Below are positions 23,446 to 35,363 of a DNA stretch of 64,000 nucleotides, piece after piece. The stretch comes from Azolla caroliniana (taxonomy: Eukaryota > Plantae > Polypodiophyta). Each line of letters opens with the position of its first letter. The first letter of the stretch is position 1. Location: assembly GCA_043228905.1 (NCBI GenBank), contig JBHGNT010000013.1, positions 6,758,001 to 6,822,000 on the forward strand, read 5' to 3'. The notes under the pieces were generated by a model. The model did not search any database, had not been told where the DNA came from, and saw nothing but the letters and a program-made list of their open reading frames with translations. Position numbers and translations under genes: made by a program.

Positions 23446-26400
23446 TGTCAACGCCGTAGCCAAAGAGAAGTTTAAAATGAAGAAAAGAATAAGGCGCAGA
23501 AAATAAGAGAGGAATGAGATAGAAATAATATGTTGAAAATGTATTACCAATGAGAACAAGGGTTACAATAGCAATGAGAACAAGAGTTACAAGAGTATGC
23601 TGAAGATTGGCATTGAACCGGAATGGTTCATCAATAGTATGATATATGTTTATATAGCATGCTTTGGATACATGCATGCTTGCCACCTCATAGGCACACA
23701 TGCTCACCATTTGTCATTCATGCAAGCATGCCACTTGGCATTCATGCAATCATGACACTTGGTAATCATGCGTTAGCCTATGCGGTGGTGATGTTTCATA
23801 CTATTATATATGTTTCTTCTAATATAAGAATTACAATTTAATAAATGTTATATAATGTATCCTAGTGGTTGAAGCTATATATCATCTTTGAGGAAATCAT
23901 GGGTTCGAATCTCTATTGAGTCTTGGATTTTTGTTATATGTTCATGATATTATCCCCTTCCTTTGACGACGAGTTCCACGAGTCGTAATGCACGAACTAG
24001 GAGTTGGCTTATTTGGATATCGTCAATGAAATTCAACTACCAGTTCTTTGGTATTCTTGAGATTTTCAGCTGGCTCCCACGTTCGATCTGTAGGTGTATA
24101 ACCCAAGAAATCAACAAAATAATACAATTTGTTCTTCACAACTTTGGAGTCCAAAATGGATTTCACTTCATATTCCAGGCATTCATCAAGCTCAATAGGA
24201 GGTGAAGGGGGAACAACGCGATTTGGAATAGAGTTTGAAGCATAAGGTTCCAAGAGTGAGACATGGAACACTGGATGAAGACGCATATGAGGAGGGAGAT
24301 CATGATGAAAAGAAACTTCATTGAATATGGACCAAGACGTTGATAATCCAGCTTGTTACAAGGCATAGTGGTCTTCACATTACGTCAGAAGAGCCATACA
24401 TAATCTCCAACTTGAAATTTTGGTTTTTCTGGTGATGAGTTGAGTCAACGGCGATCTGCAAATTTCTTATGGGTGGCTTGAGCATGATGTAAATGATGAG
24501 AAAGAGCAATATGAATTTCTTAGATATGACATATGCGATCCTCCGCAACGGGGTTTTTCGAGATTCTTGGGTGGTCAAGCATTGTCCAACGGGGATGAAC
24601 ACCCGTGTATGCAAAGAAGGGAGTAAGTTTGGTAGAAGAATGAACTGAATTGTTGTAAGAAAACTCCGCAAAATGTAAATAATCTACCAAATCATCTTGT
24701 TGATAATTGATGAAGCAACAAAGGTATTGTTCCAAGGTTTGATTGGTACTCTCGGTTTGACCATCAGTCTTTGGATGATAGCTTGAAGAGAGTTTACAAT
24801 CAATTTGGAGGAGCCCAAACAAGTGTTTCCAAAATGTTGAGATAAATTGTGGTCCTCGATCACTAATGATGTCATTAGGAAGACCATGATGCCGAAACAC
24901 TTCACGCATAACCAAATCTGCTGTCTCTTGACGATTAATAGTCTTTGTGCATGGTAGAAAGTGTGCCATCTTAGTGAACCGATCTATAACAGTAAGGATG
25001 GAATCGAAACCTTTGGAAGATGGAAGATCAGTAATGAAATCCATAGATATAGACTTCCAAGGACCATCAGGAACTTGTAAGGTTTGGAGTAAACCATATG
25101 GTCGATGTCGAGGACACTTGGACCGACAACATGCATCACAACCGCGAATCTAGTCTTCAACATAATTATGAAGATGCGGCCACCAATAATTTCTAGAAAC
25201 TAATTCCAAAGTTTTGTGAACTCCAAAATATCCAGCCATTGGCATGTTGTGGCTGTGTTATAAAGTAAGGAGTCGAGAACGGCCATTAGGGACATAAAGT
25301 AAATTAATTCGAAAAAGTAAATTATCATGCCAACTGAACTGATTATAATCTTTACGAGAATTCACGGACCTTGAACAAGAAGCACGATCTAGAATAATAT
25401 GATTCAAGACATCTTGTGCAAATTCGTCTACTTCAAGATCAGTACAAATTGTACTTATAAGTATCGAGTCTGTAGGCGTCTTAAAAGCATTTGCGGCCAT
25501 CACTTGTAAATGATGAGGACCAAGGAGGATCTATTTTTGATGATTAAAAGTAGGTTCCCCTAAACAGGATGCCATGTATGAACGCCGAGATAGCGGATCT
25601 GCCTTTCCTTGGTGTATTGTGGGGCGATACACGATCAAGAAATCGAAGCGTGTAAGAAATTGTGCCCAACGAGCCTGTCGACGATTTAAGACTCGAGCAT
25701 TCTTGAAATACGTTAGGTTCTTGTGATAATTATAGACAATGATTTGATGGAGAGAACCTTCTAAGAAGTGGTGCCAATGCTGAAAAGAGTCTACAATTGC
25801 CAGAAGCCCCTTGTCGTGAATCTCATAATTAATTTCCGCAGCTTCAAATTTCTGCGAATGAAAAGCAACTGGATATAATAGCCCGTTTTCTTTGCGTTGT
25901 GAGAGGACACTCCCAAGTGCAAAATCTAATGCATCAGCTTCCAAAATAAAAGGCTTGTCTTGGTCAGCATGGATCAAAATAGGAGCTGATGTGAACGCAT
26001 GTTTTAAGCTTTCGAATGCCTCAGCAACACTAGAATTCCATATGAATGGTTGGTTTTTATGCGTTAATTGTGTAAGAGGCAGAACCTTCTTTGAGTAGTT
26101 CCTGATGAATTTGCGGTAAAAATTTGCAATTCCCAAGAAACACTGGGCATCACGCACAGATAGTGGTGTTTGGGTTTCGCAAATATAAACATTTCTTCTT
26201 TCTTTCCCTCTTTGCGTAAGTTTTCCAAAGATATTGTTGAGATCTGATGGCATTCTAAATTTGGGTTATAAGCAATAGGGAAATCTGATATATGGTTTTT
26301 CTTGGATTCTAGGATAACTCGTTTCGTCCAGTCAATTTGGGGTTTGTGAAGCTCAAACCAGGGTAGACCAAGGACAATCGGATGCTCCAGACTATGTATG

Positions 26401-28474
26401 ATATTGAATGAGATGACACAAGCTAAATCACCGAGAAATACACGAACTGATTCAGACTCTTCAGCTATATCTCCAAAGGCAATGGGTCGATCATCTATGA
26501 CTGTGACTGATACTAGACAATGCAATGGTTTTAATAAGATATTATGTGTGAAGGCAAATTTTCGGTCCATGAAACAAGAGTTGGCTCCTAAATCTAAGAG
26601 AGCATATGCGAAGACTTGATGACATCTAGAGGTACTAAGCTCAACTTGTGCCACAAAAACCCAATTAACTTGGTTCGATGAAATGGAACCATTACTGTGG
26701 ATTGACTCTACAAATTCTGGGTTATCCAACCAAATGGCTCCTATTTTGGTTGGATTTACTCGTTTAACACCTCGTCTAGTTGGCTAAGTACTTCAAAACG
26801 ATTTGAAGGTGTAGGGCTACTAGGATTGCTAGATGTATTTGGAGAATCGAGATCCAATTTAGTACTAGCACTTGGTAAACTTGACGCTTAGGTCGATGAG
26901 GAAAATTTATCGCTATATGTCCTGAATCACCACAATATAAACATAGGCGGTTCGCCCGACGTCTCTGCTTTTAAACTTCTGTTAAAGGTCCTCGACGACG
27001 TGTACAATGAATTTCTATTGAAATAGGACCACTTATTGGGCTAGAAATAGGGACATGCATAGTTCCAGATGTAGGTAGTGTTGTTACTGATGCATATGTC
27101 TGCTTTGATCGAGGTCGAGACCATTGTTGACGCTCAGAGCGTCGCTCGAATAATCGATTGTGATATCGTACAACTCGACTAATCGCTTCAATAAGAGATT
27201 TTAGATCTTCATGAAAAGTGAGAAGTAAGTCTTTCAGATCATTACGAAGTCTGTGAAGAAATTGATCCATCAATGCCTCTTCGTCCCAAGGAATATCACA
27301 TGCAAGAAGGCGAAAATCAGCCGCATAGGCTGAGGCTGGGCGATCCCCTTGTCGTAACCTTCGAATCTTATTAATAGCTATTCTCATGCTATTGGAATCT
27401 CCAAAACAAGCTTGGAACTCTTTAATAAACTCATCAAAATTATCCAAAATAGGGCACTTTTTCTCAAGTAACAACGCAAACCAAGTGAAGGCTGTACCAC
27501 TCAATAGAGTTCCAACCAACCCTACTCATGCCAAATCTGTTGGATATTGAGTGGGATGCATTTGAAATACTAGACGTACCTGATTTAGAAATCCTCGAAA
27601 TTGTGATTGAGTACCATCAAACTTTGATGGGAGACTTATCTTGTGTTCTTTTGTCAAATTTGGTGCTTGTAATGCTTGTTGTTGCAACGCTTCAAGTTGT
27701 TGAACCCTTTGAGTTAATTCCTCATGTTGTTGAGCTTTCTCAACATTCACTTGTTGTAAATCCCCGAGCAGCCTTTGATTCTCTTGCTCCAAGGCCATGA
27801 ACTTGGTGCTCAGGCGTTCAAGATAACCTAGAACGCGCATATATTCTTGTTCACTTACTGCTGTCATGGATATGAGAAGATAGGATGAGAGGTTCCTTGG
27901 GAGAAAAAAAGATTACAATGAAGAAGGTTAGGAATTCCGGTTCAAACTGTCAGGACCGTAGCCAAATACAAGTTTAAAATGAAGAAAAGAATGAGGAGTA
28001 GAAAATAAGAGAGGAATGAGACAGAAATAAGATGTTGAAAATGTATTAGAAATGAGAACAAGGGTTACAATAGCAATGAGAACAAGGGTTACAAGAGTAT
28101 GCCAAAGACTGGCGTTGAACTAGAATGGTTCATCAATAGTACGATATATGTTTATATAGCATGCTTTGGATACATGCATGCTTGCCACCTCATAGGCACA
28201 CATGCTCGCCATTTGTCATGCAAGCATGCCACTTGGCATTCATGCAAGCATGCCACTTGGCATTCATGCAAGCATGCCACTTGGTAATCATGCATTAACC
28301 TATGCGATGGCGACGTTTCATACTATTATATATATATTTCTTCTAATATAGAAATTTACAATTTAATAAATATGATATAATGTATCCTAGTGGTTGAAGC
28401 TATACATCATCGTTGAGGAGGTCATGGGTTTGAATATTTATCGAGTTTAGGAGTTTTGGTATATGTTCATGATA
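23446..28474 (-). mobile_element. Tcn1-like chromovirus element B, RT largely deleted
   Basis: LTRs 23446-23949 and 27948-28474, TSD CCGAG/CCTAG inside Copia-X RH, PPT AAAGGAAGGGGATAA; gag (KISLPSKFDG), PR (ALLDLGA), RH (EADA..EIHDKGLLA), INT (MDFITDLP, SDRGPQF), chromodomain (EYEVKSILDS..TWEPAENL). Confidence 0.93.
23858..23912 (+). promoter_or_regulatory. tRNA-type Pol III A-box/B-box in U3 of element B 3' LTR (antisense to the element); second copy at 28383-28437
   Basis: TATCCTAGTGG(TT)...GGTTCGAATC with 45 nt from A-box start to the G of GTTC, the tRNA spacing. Confidence 0.6.
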
Positions 28475-31400
28475 CCTAGTACCAAGGAGCGGCTGTCGTG
28501 ACATGTGAAGCCATATGGCTCAAAAGGCTTCTAAAGGATCTGCGAGTGGAGGTGTCTGATCCGACGACGATCTATTGTGACAATCTCAGCAACATCCAGT
28601 TGACTAAGAACCCCGGCTTACATGTCCGGACAAAGCACATCGAGGTGCATTGCCATTTTGTCTGAGAGCGCGTTCTCTCCAGTCAAGTGGAACTGCTACA
28701 TGTCCCGACGGATCAGCAGGTGGCCGATATTTTCATGAAACCCCTCGGCTTAGACAAGTTGCGACAATTTTCCGGTGCATTGGGTGTGCAATCCCTCAAT
28801 ATGCCGAACTTGAGAGGGAGGAATGAGAAGGACGACCGAAAAGCCGAGTCGGAAACCGATTTCTATTTCGGCCCGACTGAAGAAGTCGGAATGCATGGGA
28901 TGACTGAAGAAGCCGAGACCGGACATAGGGGGAGCTACCGGAACGGAGAACCCAAGCCGAAGCCAACCGAAAAAGGAGGAGGCAAAGTCGGGAAGACCAA
29001 GACACGGACAAGGTCCGATGTCATGTAGGGTTTGAAGATTGAGGACGAATTGGAGACAGCCAATTTGGACAAGAGCTGGAACGAATTGGAGTTACCCAAT
29101 TCGGAAGCGATGCTTGATTCGGAGGAGCCAGATCAACTGACGGCCAAACGGACAAGGAGGCAACGGAAGTCGACACCGACACGGAGGAACAGACGGGTTG
29201 AGACGCACCAGAGTTGTGTCAACAAAGGAGCTGAGATGCGCCTTCTGATCAGACAAGCCAATAGAGAAGGTCGAAGTGCGCGTAACCAGACGGGTCGAGG
29301 AACGCGTGCAAGGCGGGAAGACGCTAGGTGGAGCCAGAGGAGAGGACTAGCGACGACAGACACAGACATTGCAATCTGACCTCAAGTTGAACTTGAGGGG
29401 GAGTGTTGAGCGGACAAGCTCAACCGGATCCGGATCGGTTGAGTTAGCTAGAGACGGATCGGTGTCCGGAACGAAGAGCGGGATCGGTGTCCGGATGATA
29501 TCTGGAACCAGGAGCCGGATCAAATTGGAACCAGTAGGCCATTAGAGGCCTACAAATCTAGCCTAGTACGTAGGCATATTTTTGGGAGTCAGTGTCAGTC
29601 GCTCGTATGAGCATTGAAGTACTTGTCAATACTTCTGTCAGTCTATGTAAGGACTTGTATAAAAGTGCTCATTGAGCACATTGTATGTACACATAGTGTC
29701 ATTATTTTTCAATTGAGTGTGTTCTGCTCTAACTCTGTCTCTGTCTTTGTCTCGGTCTTGTGTAAGGTTTCCATTAAACCTGTGTCTGTATTCTGTTGTT
29801 GTTCGGCTGAGCTAGTTGTGTCTTAATTTCTGCATATTCACTTTTACAAGTATATTCTAGAGATATTCAATCTCAGAACTTGTATAAATATGTGTGTTCA
29901 CCTAGATTACAATCAAGGTGAACAACACTAGTTACAGAGTCTTTCAATTAATCAACTCATCCCTTTGATTATCTTCTACTCTCTCGTGCATATTTTCTAT
30001 CCGTGATAGTTTGTTCACCTTCCATACTCATAGCTCTCACTCTCATTAGCTGCAGCAATGTCCGACCCATCTAGTGACTTAAGCCAGATAATGATAGCCT
30101 TACAACAACTCCAACTTGAAAATGAAGCTCTTCGGAATTCTTTACAAGAACTTCAAGTTGGCACCTCCCTTTCCTCACAACCTGCGGAGCCTAGTCTCCC
30201 ACCACAATCTAGCCCAGAGCCCAATCTTCTACCAACATCTAGCCTAGCTTCTTCTCATTTTCTTGAGCCTAAGGTTAGCCTCCCAGAAAAATTTGATGGA
30301 GTGAGGTCACGTTTCTAGGGGTTCATCAACCAAATTTGGCTGATCATTCAGGTACAACCTCAACGTTATGTAGATGGTCTTCGACAAGTCGGCCTTGTGG
30401 GCATCCTCCTCTCCGGTCTGGCCCAAGCTTGGTTTGCACTATTGGTAGAAACTTCGTCACCTCTATTGGAGGACTTTCCCGCATTCCTCGCCGAGTTAGA
30501 GGCCACATTTGGAGAGACCGATTGGCGACGTACATTCCTCAGCAAGATTTATATACTCAAACAAGGTTCGCGTGCAACTTCTGTTTATGCTTCAGAATTC
30601 CGACAACTAGTATGCGACGTCAACTGGGATGATCAAGCTTTAGCTTATCACTTTCGGCGGGGCCTTCAGAGCAATGTCAAGAATCTTCTCTTGAACTTTC
30701 CCGAACCCACCTTGTTATCCCACACGATTTCACAAGCAGTCCATTGTGACAATCGTCTTTTTGAATTTCGCCAAGAAGAGCACTAGACTTGGGGTTCGCC
30801 TCAATCACTTCCACAACACACCTTGGTCGTACAACCCCAGGTATTTGGGCAATTGCGGGTGACTTTAATATGTTGGAGGATGGGTGTGATAGGTTAGGAG
30901 GCACATCAAAAACATTATTTGGTTCAGAATTATATGAATGGGAACGTTTAATCTTTTCTTTAGGTTTAATGGACTTGTGGCATGTGTCTTCTTTTGTACG
31001 GATGCCAGATTCCTTAGCTTATTCACGATCGGATAGAAAACAATCACATACCAATTTGTCTAGGTTAGATAGATTTTATGCGAATAGGTTTTTATGGAAC
31101 AAAGGAGGTTCAATTAGAATCTTACCTTCATTTTCCTTTTCTGATCATGCACCACTTCGTTTAGTTATAGTCTTGCAAGAGAAACATAGAAATTCTAGGT
31201 TTAGAATTCCGAATCATGTGTTTCTTAGTCAAGATTGTGTTCCTAGTGCATAATATTTGGAATAAATATGACTATTCATATGGTTATGCATTATCTAGTG
31301 TTCAAAAGGCTATTAGCGAAACACAACAAATTTTTCACTGTAAAGCTAATCAAGTATTTTATGAATCTTGTACTAAAATAGGAAGACTTCGTAGGGGATT

Positions 31401-31637
31401 GAGATCCTTGCAACATTTGCAAGAGAGAAGACCATATTCGAGGTATATAAATTCCCGAGTGATACAAGTAGGGAACTAGATATTGGAATTACAAAAGATT
31501 TCAGCGGATTTTAATTATCATAATATATCGTCTACATGGGCAGAGCTGGGAGATAAAGCCAATAAACTGTTCTTTGAAGTGCATAATCATCATAAGACAA
31601 CTGTTAGGGTTTCTCGGTTAAAATGTCAGGACGGCTC

Positions 31638-32094
31638 TGTTAGGATTTTGGTCCCTTCAGATGGGATATGAGTACCCGACAACGGAAGATCCGGTGAGAA
31701 CCGGATGATGAGTACCCGGCAAGGAAGACCCGGTGAGAACCGGATGACGTAGGCCCGGTGAGAACGTCTCACCTGATGAAGGGACATATATGTAAATATG
31801 TCTCTGTTAGCCCATTGTGGCTATATTTGTAAATAGTCCTAATGTCATATTAGTATAAATATGACCTAGGGCAAACACTATATGTGTAGAGTTGTCATTA
31901 TTTGTTGTATAGAGTTATTGAGTGCAACTGCCGTACAGAGTGAAAAGAGAAACAGAGAGAGAGACAGAGAGACAGAGAAGCGTGAGAGCAGCTAAGAGCA
32001 CTCTCTGTTGTAACCGCTACTTGGCGAAGATCGCGAGGATGAGGTCGTTGCCTCTGTGCCTGCATTTTGTATTTCCTCTCTTCATAGTGATAGT
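31638..32094 (+). mobile_element. Truncated LTR of the Copia-1/2 family
   Basis: Starts TGTTAGG; shares the GTCATATTAGTATAAATATGAC TATA hairpin, CCGG repeats and the CTGTTGTAACCGC..GAGGTCGTTGCCT segment with Copia-1/2 LTRs. Confidence 0.8.
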
Positions 32095-34920
32095 TCGGAG
32101 TCAATGGGCTCCCGCTTGTTCGGCCTGCTCAACCGAAATGATTCCGGACTCACATCTAGAGTCTCAAACCCTTCGTCTTCTATTTGGACCGGTTTAGGCT
32201 CACTACCCTCATCCTCCGGTATCGGATCGGGGTTGGAAGTCGGAGCCGGTAAGGCATACCATGATGCTGTCTCATCAAACTCAACATCTCGGCTTACTTG
32301 GACCTGCTTCGTCCGGGGGTTATAACAGTTATACCCCTTTTGCTCATGTGAGTAACCGATCAGGATGCATTTCTCCGACTTTGCATCCAACTTCCTCCAC
32401 TTCTCATCCGGCACAGGCACTTATGCAATGCTACCGAATATCCGAAGGTGTCTCAAATTCGGCTTGCGCCTAAAATACAGCTCATGCGTGGACACCTTGT
32501 CACCGATCCGGTTTTGGATATAGATGGCCGTCCGGATCGTCTCAACCCAGTAGAATTTGGGCATGCTCTTCTCTTCCAGCATCACCCTTGCCGCGTCGAT
32601 AATGTACCAGTTCTTCCTCTCCGCCACACCGTTTTGCTCTGGTGTGTATCTGCAGCTGAACTCTCTCCGAATTCCTTTTTGTTGCATTTCTCTGATTTTG
32701 CATCCAACTTCCTTTGCTTCTCATCCGGGACATGCACATATGCAATGCTACCGAATATCCGAAGGTGTCTCAAATTCGGCTTGCGCCCGAAATACAGCTC
32801 ATGCGCGGACACCTTATCACCAATCTGCTTTTGGATGTAGATGGTCGTCCAGACCGCCTCAACCCAGTAGAAATGGGGCATGGTCTTCTCGTCCAGCATT
32901 GCCCTTGCCGCATCGACAATTGACCAGTTCTTCCTTTTGGCCACACCATTTTTCTCCGGTGTGTACCTGCAGCTGAATTCTCTTCGAATTCCATTCTGCT
33001 GCAGATAACTATTGAATTGGCCGGAAAAGTATTCTTTCCCGCCTTCCAACCATAGGCACTTGATCTTCCTCTCCATTTCCGGTTCAACCAGGCTTTGCAA
33101 GTTCCGGAAACACTCAAAGACTTCGCTCTTCTGCTCAATGAGGTAGATCCATGTGTGCCGGTTGTAGTCGTCAATGAAGGAGACGAAGTATCGACTCCCG
33201 CCAAGACTAACGTTCTGTTCCGGTCCCCATACATCCGAATGAATAAGGTCACGCTTGTTACGACTACGATTTCGTTCGGTGGGGAATGGAAGCCGGTGTT
33301 GCTTCCCGAGTTGGTAGGCTTCACATATTTGGGCCTTCCGGCCATTGAACTTCGGCAAACCGAAAACAACTTGTTTCGTTTGCAGGTCTTGAAGCCTCTG
33401 GTAATTGACGTGGCCGATTCACTTGTGGCAGAGATCAATATCTGATTCAATCTTCTGTCCTTTGGCGAACAAAGCGGTGCCAGCGTCATTGGTGTCGAGG
33501 ATGAACATCCTCTCATCTCTGTGCCCTTGCGCAATAATCTGACCCTCTTCCTCGATGAAGCACCCAAGGTGCGTAAACCGCACCTGCATCCCCTGGTCAA
33601 CGATCTGACCGACTGACACCAAGTTCTTCGTGATAGTCGGAACGTGTAGTACATTCATTAGCTTCCCCCTCTGTCCGATGTGCCTCAAAGGGACTTCTCC
33701 GACATGCACGATTGGGTGAGGAGTGTCGTCTCCGGTTTCGAAGACTCCCGGTTGTTCCGGTTTCTCCAAGAAAGAGAACCACTCTTTATGGTTCATCATG
33801 TGATTCGACACACCGGAATCAATGTACCACACTTCCTCCGATTTGGAAGTGGTCTTCTTCATCGAGTTAGCCTCGTGTTTCATCACCAAGGCTGGCCCCT
33901 TTACCGGCTTTTCCGGTTTTGGATCCTCCCGATCCTTTTGTGTAGTGCGAGTATTGCCGGTTCTCTCTACCGGCCTTGCCGGATCCGGATCTGTCTGAAT
34001 CGGCGTGCTTCTTCCAACACTCGCTTTCCCTGTGGCCCTTTTTCCCACAATACCAACATTCCGTGTCGGCCTTTGCTTGCCGGCCTCCGGTGCTGCCTTG
34101 ACTCCACCTGCTTGTGGAGGGTTCGGAATTGTTGTCGGCACGTTCTCTGTGCCTTCGGTCCTCTGTGTACAACATCCGACTGTCGGTGGGTGCAATAGTT
34201 GACACACCAACATGGTTCTCCTCTACAAGGAGCATCGACTATAAGTCGAAAAATGACGGCGTATTCTCCCTTGTACATACCGCCGTTCGGAACGCTCTGA
34301 ACTTAGACGCTAGGCCCCCAAGATAGATCTGCACCATCTCATCTTCCTCTATAGTGACGTTGATAGAGGCAAGTGAGTCACAGATCTCTTTGATTCGGGC
34401 CGTGTAATCGGCTACTGACATGTCCTTCTGTCGGACATTGCTCAACTCCTTTCGGAGTTGCAGCTTCCGGGCCGTAGTGCTCGCCGCGAAAACCTTCTTC
34501 AGGTTTCCCCAAGCTTCTTTTGGCGTCTTGGCATCTTGGACATGGCTCAATAGCTGGTCTCCGACACTGGACGCAAAGTAGTACATCACTTTGCTTGCCG
34601 CTTGTTCCCACACTAGGAAGTCCTTGTGTGCCGCATCAGGGGCTGTGTCATTAGCTCTATCGACATAGCTCCAGTAACCATGCCCAAGCAGGTATTGGTG
34701 CAACTTGTATGAACAAGATGCATAGTTGGATCTGTCGAGCTTCTCCATCGGGAGTGAGCTAGCCATTCCTCTGTCCATCACTTCTCTTTCTGTTCTTACC
34801 AGGTCTTAGGGTTTTTCTTCAGATGCTGATGTCGGCTGCAGAGGTTCTCAACCCTCGCACTTTGATACCATGTAAAAACGAAGGTGCGGAAGCGTTAGAC
34901 AACCGGCTTAGCTGGATAGC

Positions 34921-35009
<89 letters not shown>

Positions 35010-35363
35010 ACACACAGAAGGTACATAGGAGAGACAGAGAGAGAGCAGAACAACATAAATCTATTATCAAAAACTCTGTAAAATACTCTGTACATACAAC
35101 GTGCTCAACAAAACTATTTATACAAGTCCTAAGAGGACTAACAGAAGTATGGTGTACTTCAATGCTCACATGAGCATCTGACACTAACTACGAGACATTA
35201 ACTACCTAGTAGTCTAGGTTGCTACTAGGCTTCTGATTACTACTGGATCCGGCTAACCAGCTCCCCAACTCACTGGCTCACCGATCCGGCTCATCCTTCC
35301 GGATGCCAATCCGGCTCGGGCTTACTCAGCCAATCCGGATCCAGTTGAGCTTGCCGCTCAACA
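32095..35363 (-). mobile_element. Truncated Copia-Z (Copia-X family): 5' LTR, PBS, gag, PR, INT
   Basis: LTR 34871-35363 with (GA)n, PBS TGGTATCAAAG at about 34860-34870, gag MASSLPMEKLDRSNY, CWYCGKKGH, WYIDSG, IHSDVWGP; INT segment tandemly duplicated. Confidence 0.9.

Larger units (their letters stand above)
19377..29848 (+). mobile_element. Ty1/Copia element Copia-X, degenerate, hosting two insertions
   Basis: LTRs 19377-19772 and 29404-29848, TSD GGTAT/AGTAT, PBS 19773-19784, PPT TTGAGGGGGAG before 29404; gag knuckle CWYCGRKGH, PR WYVDSG, INT/RT deletion near 23120, RH LSSREAEY. Confidence 0.92.
19163..30790 (+). mobile_element. Truncated Tcn1-like Ty3/Gypsy element C: 5' LTR (19163-19376 + 29849-30008) and gag
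   Basis: LTR starts TGTCAC, is split by Copia-X inside a TATATTCTAGAGATAT repeat; TATA at 29883; gag 30058-30786 (EPKVSLPEKFDG, LKQG, YASEF, FRRGL). Confidence 0.82.

Noticed and set aside
23850-23930. tRNA gene or SINE insertion (also 59610-59680)
   Set aside because: Acceptor and anticodon stems do not pair; no tail or TSD; present in both LTRs, so reported as an LTR-intrinsic promoter motif
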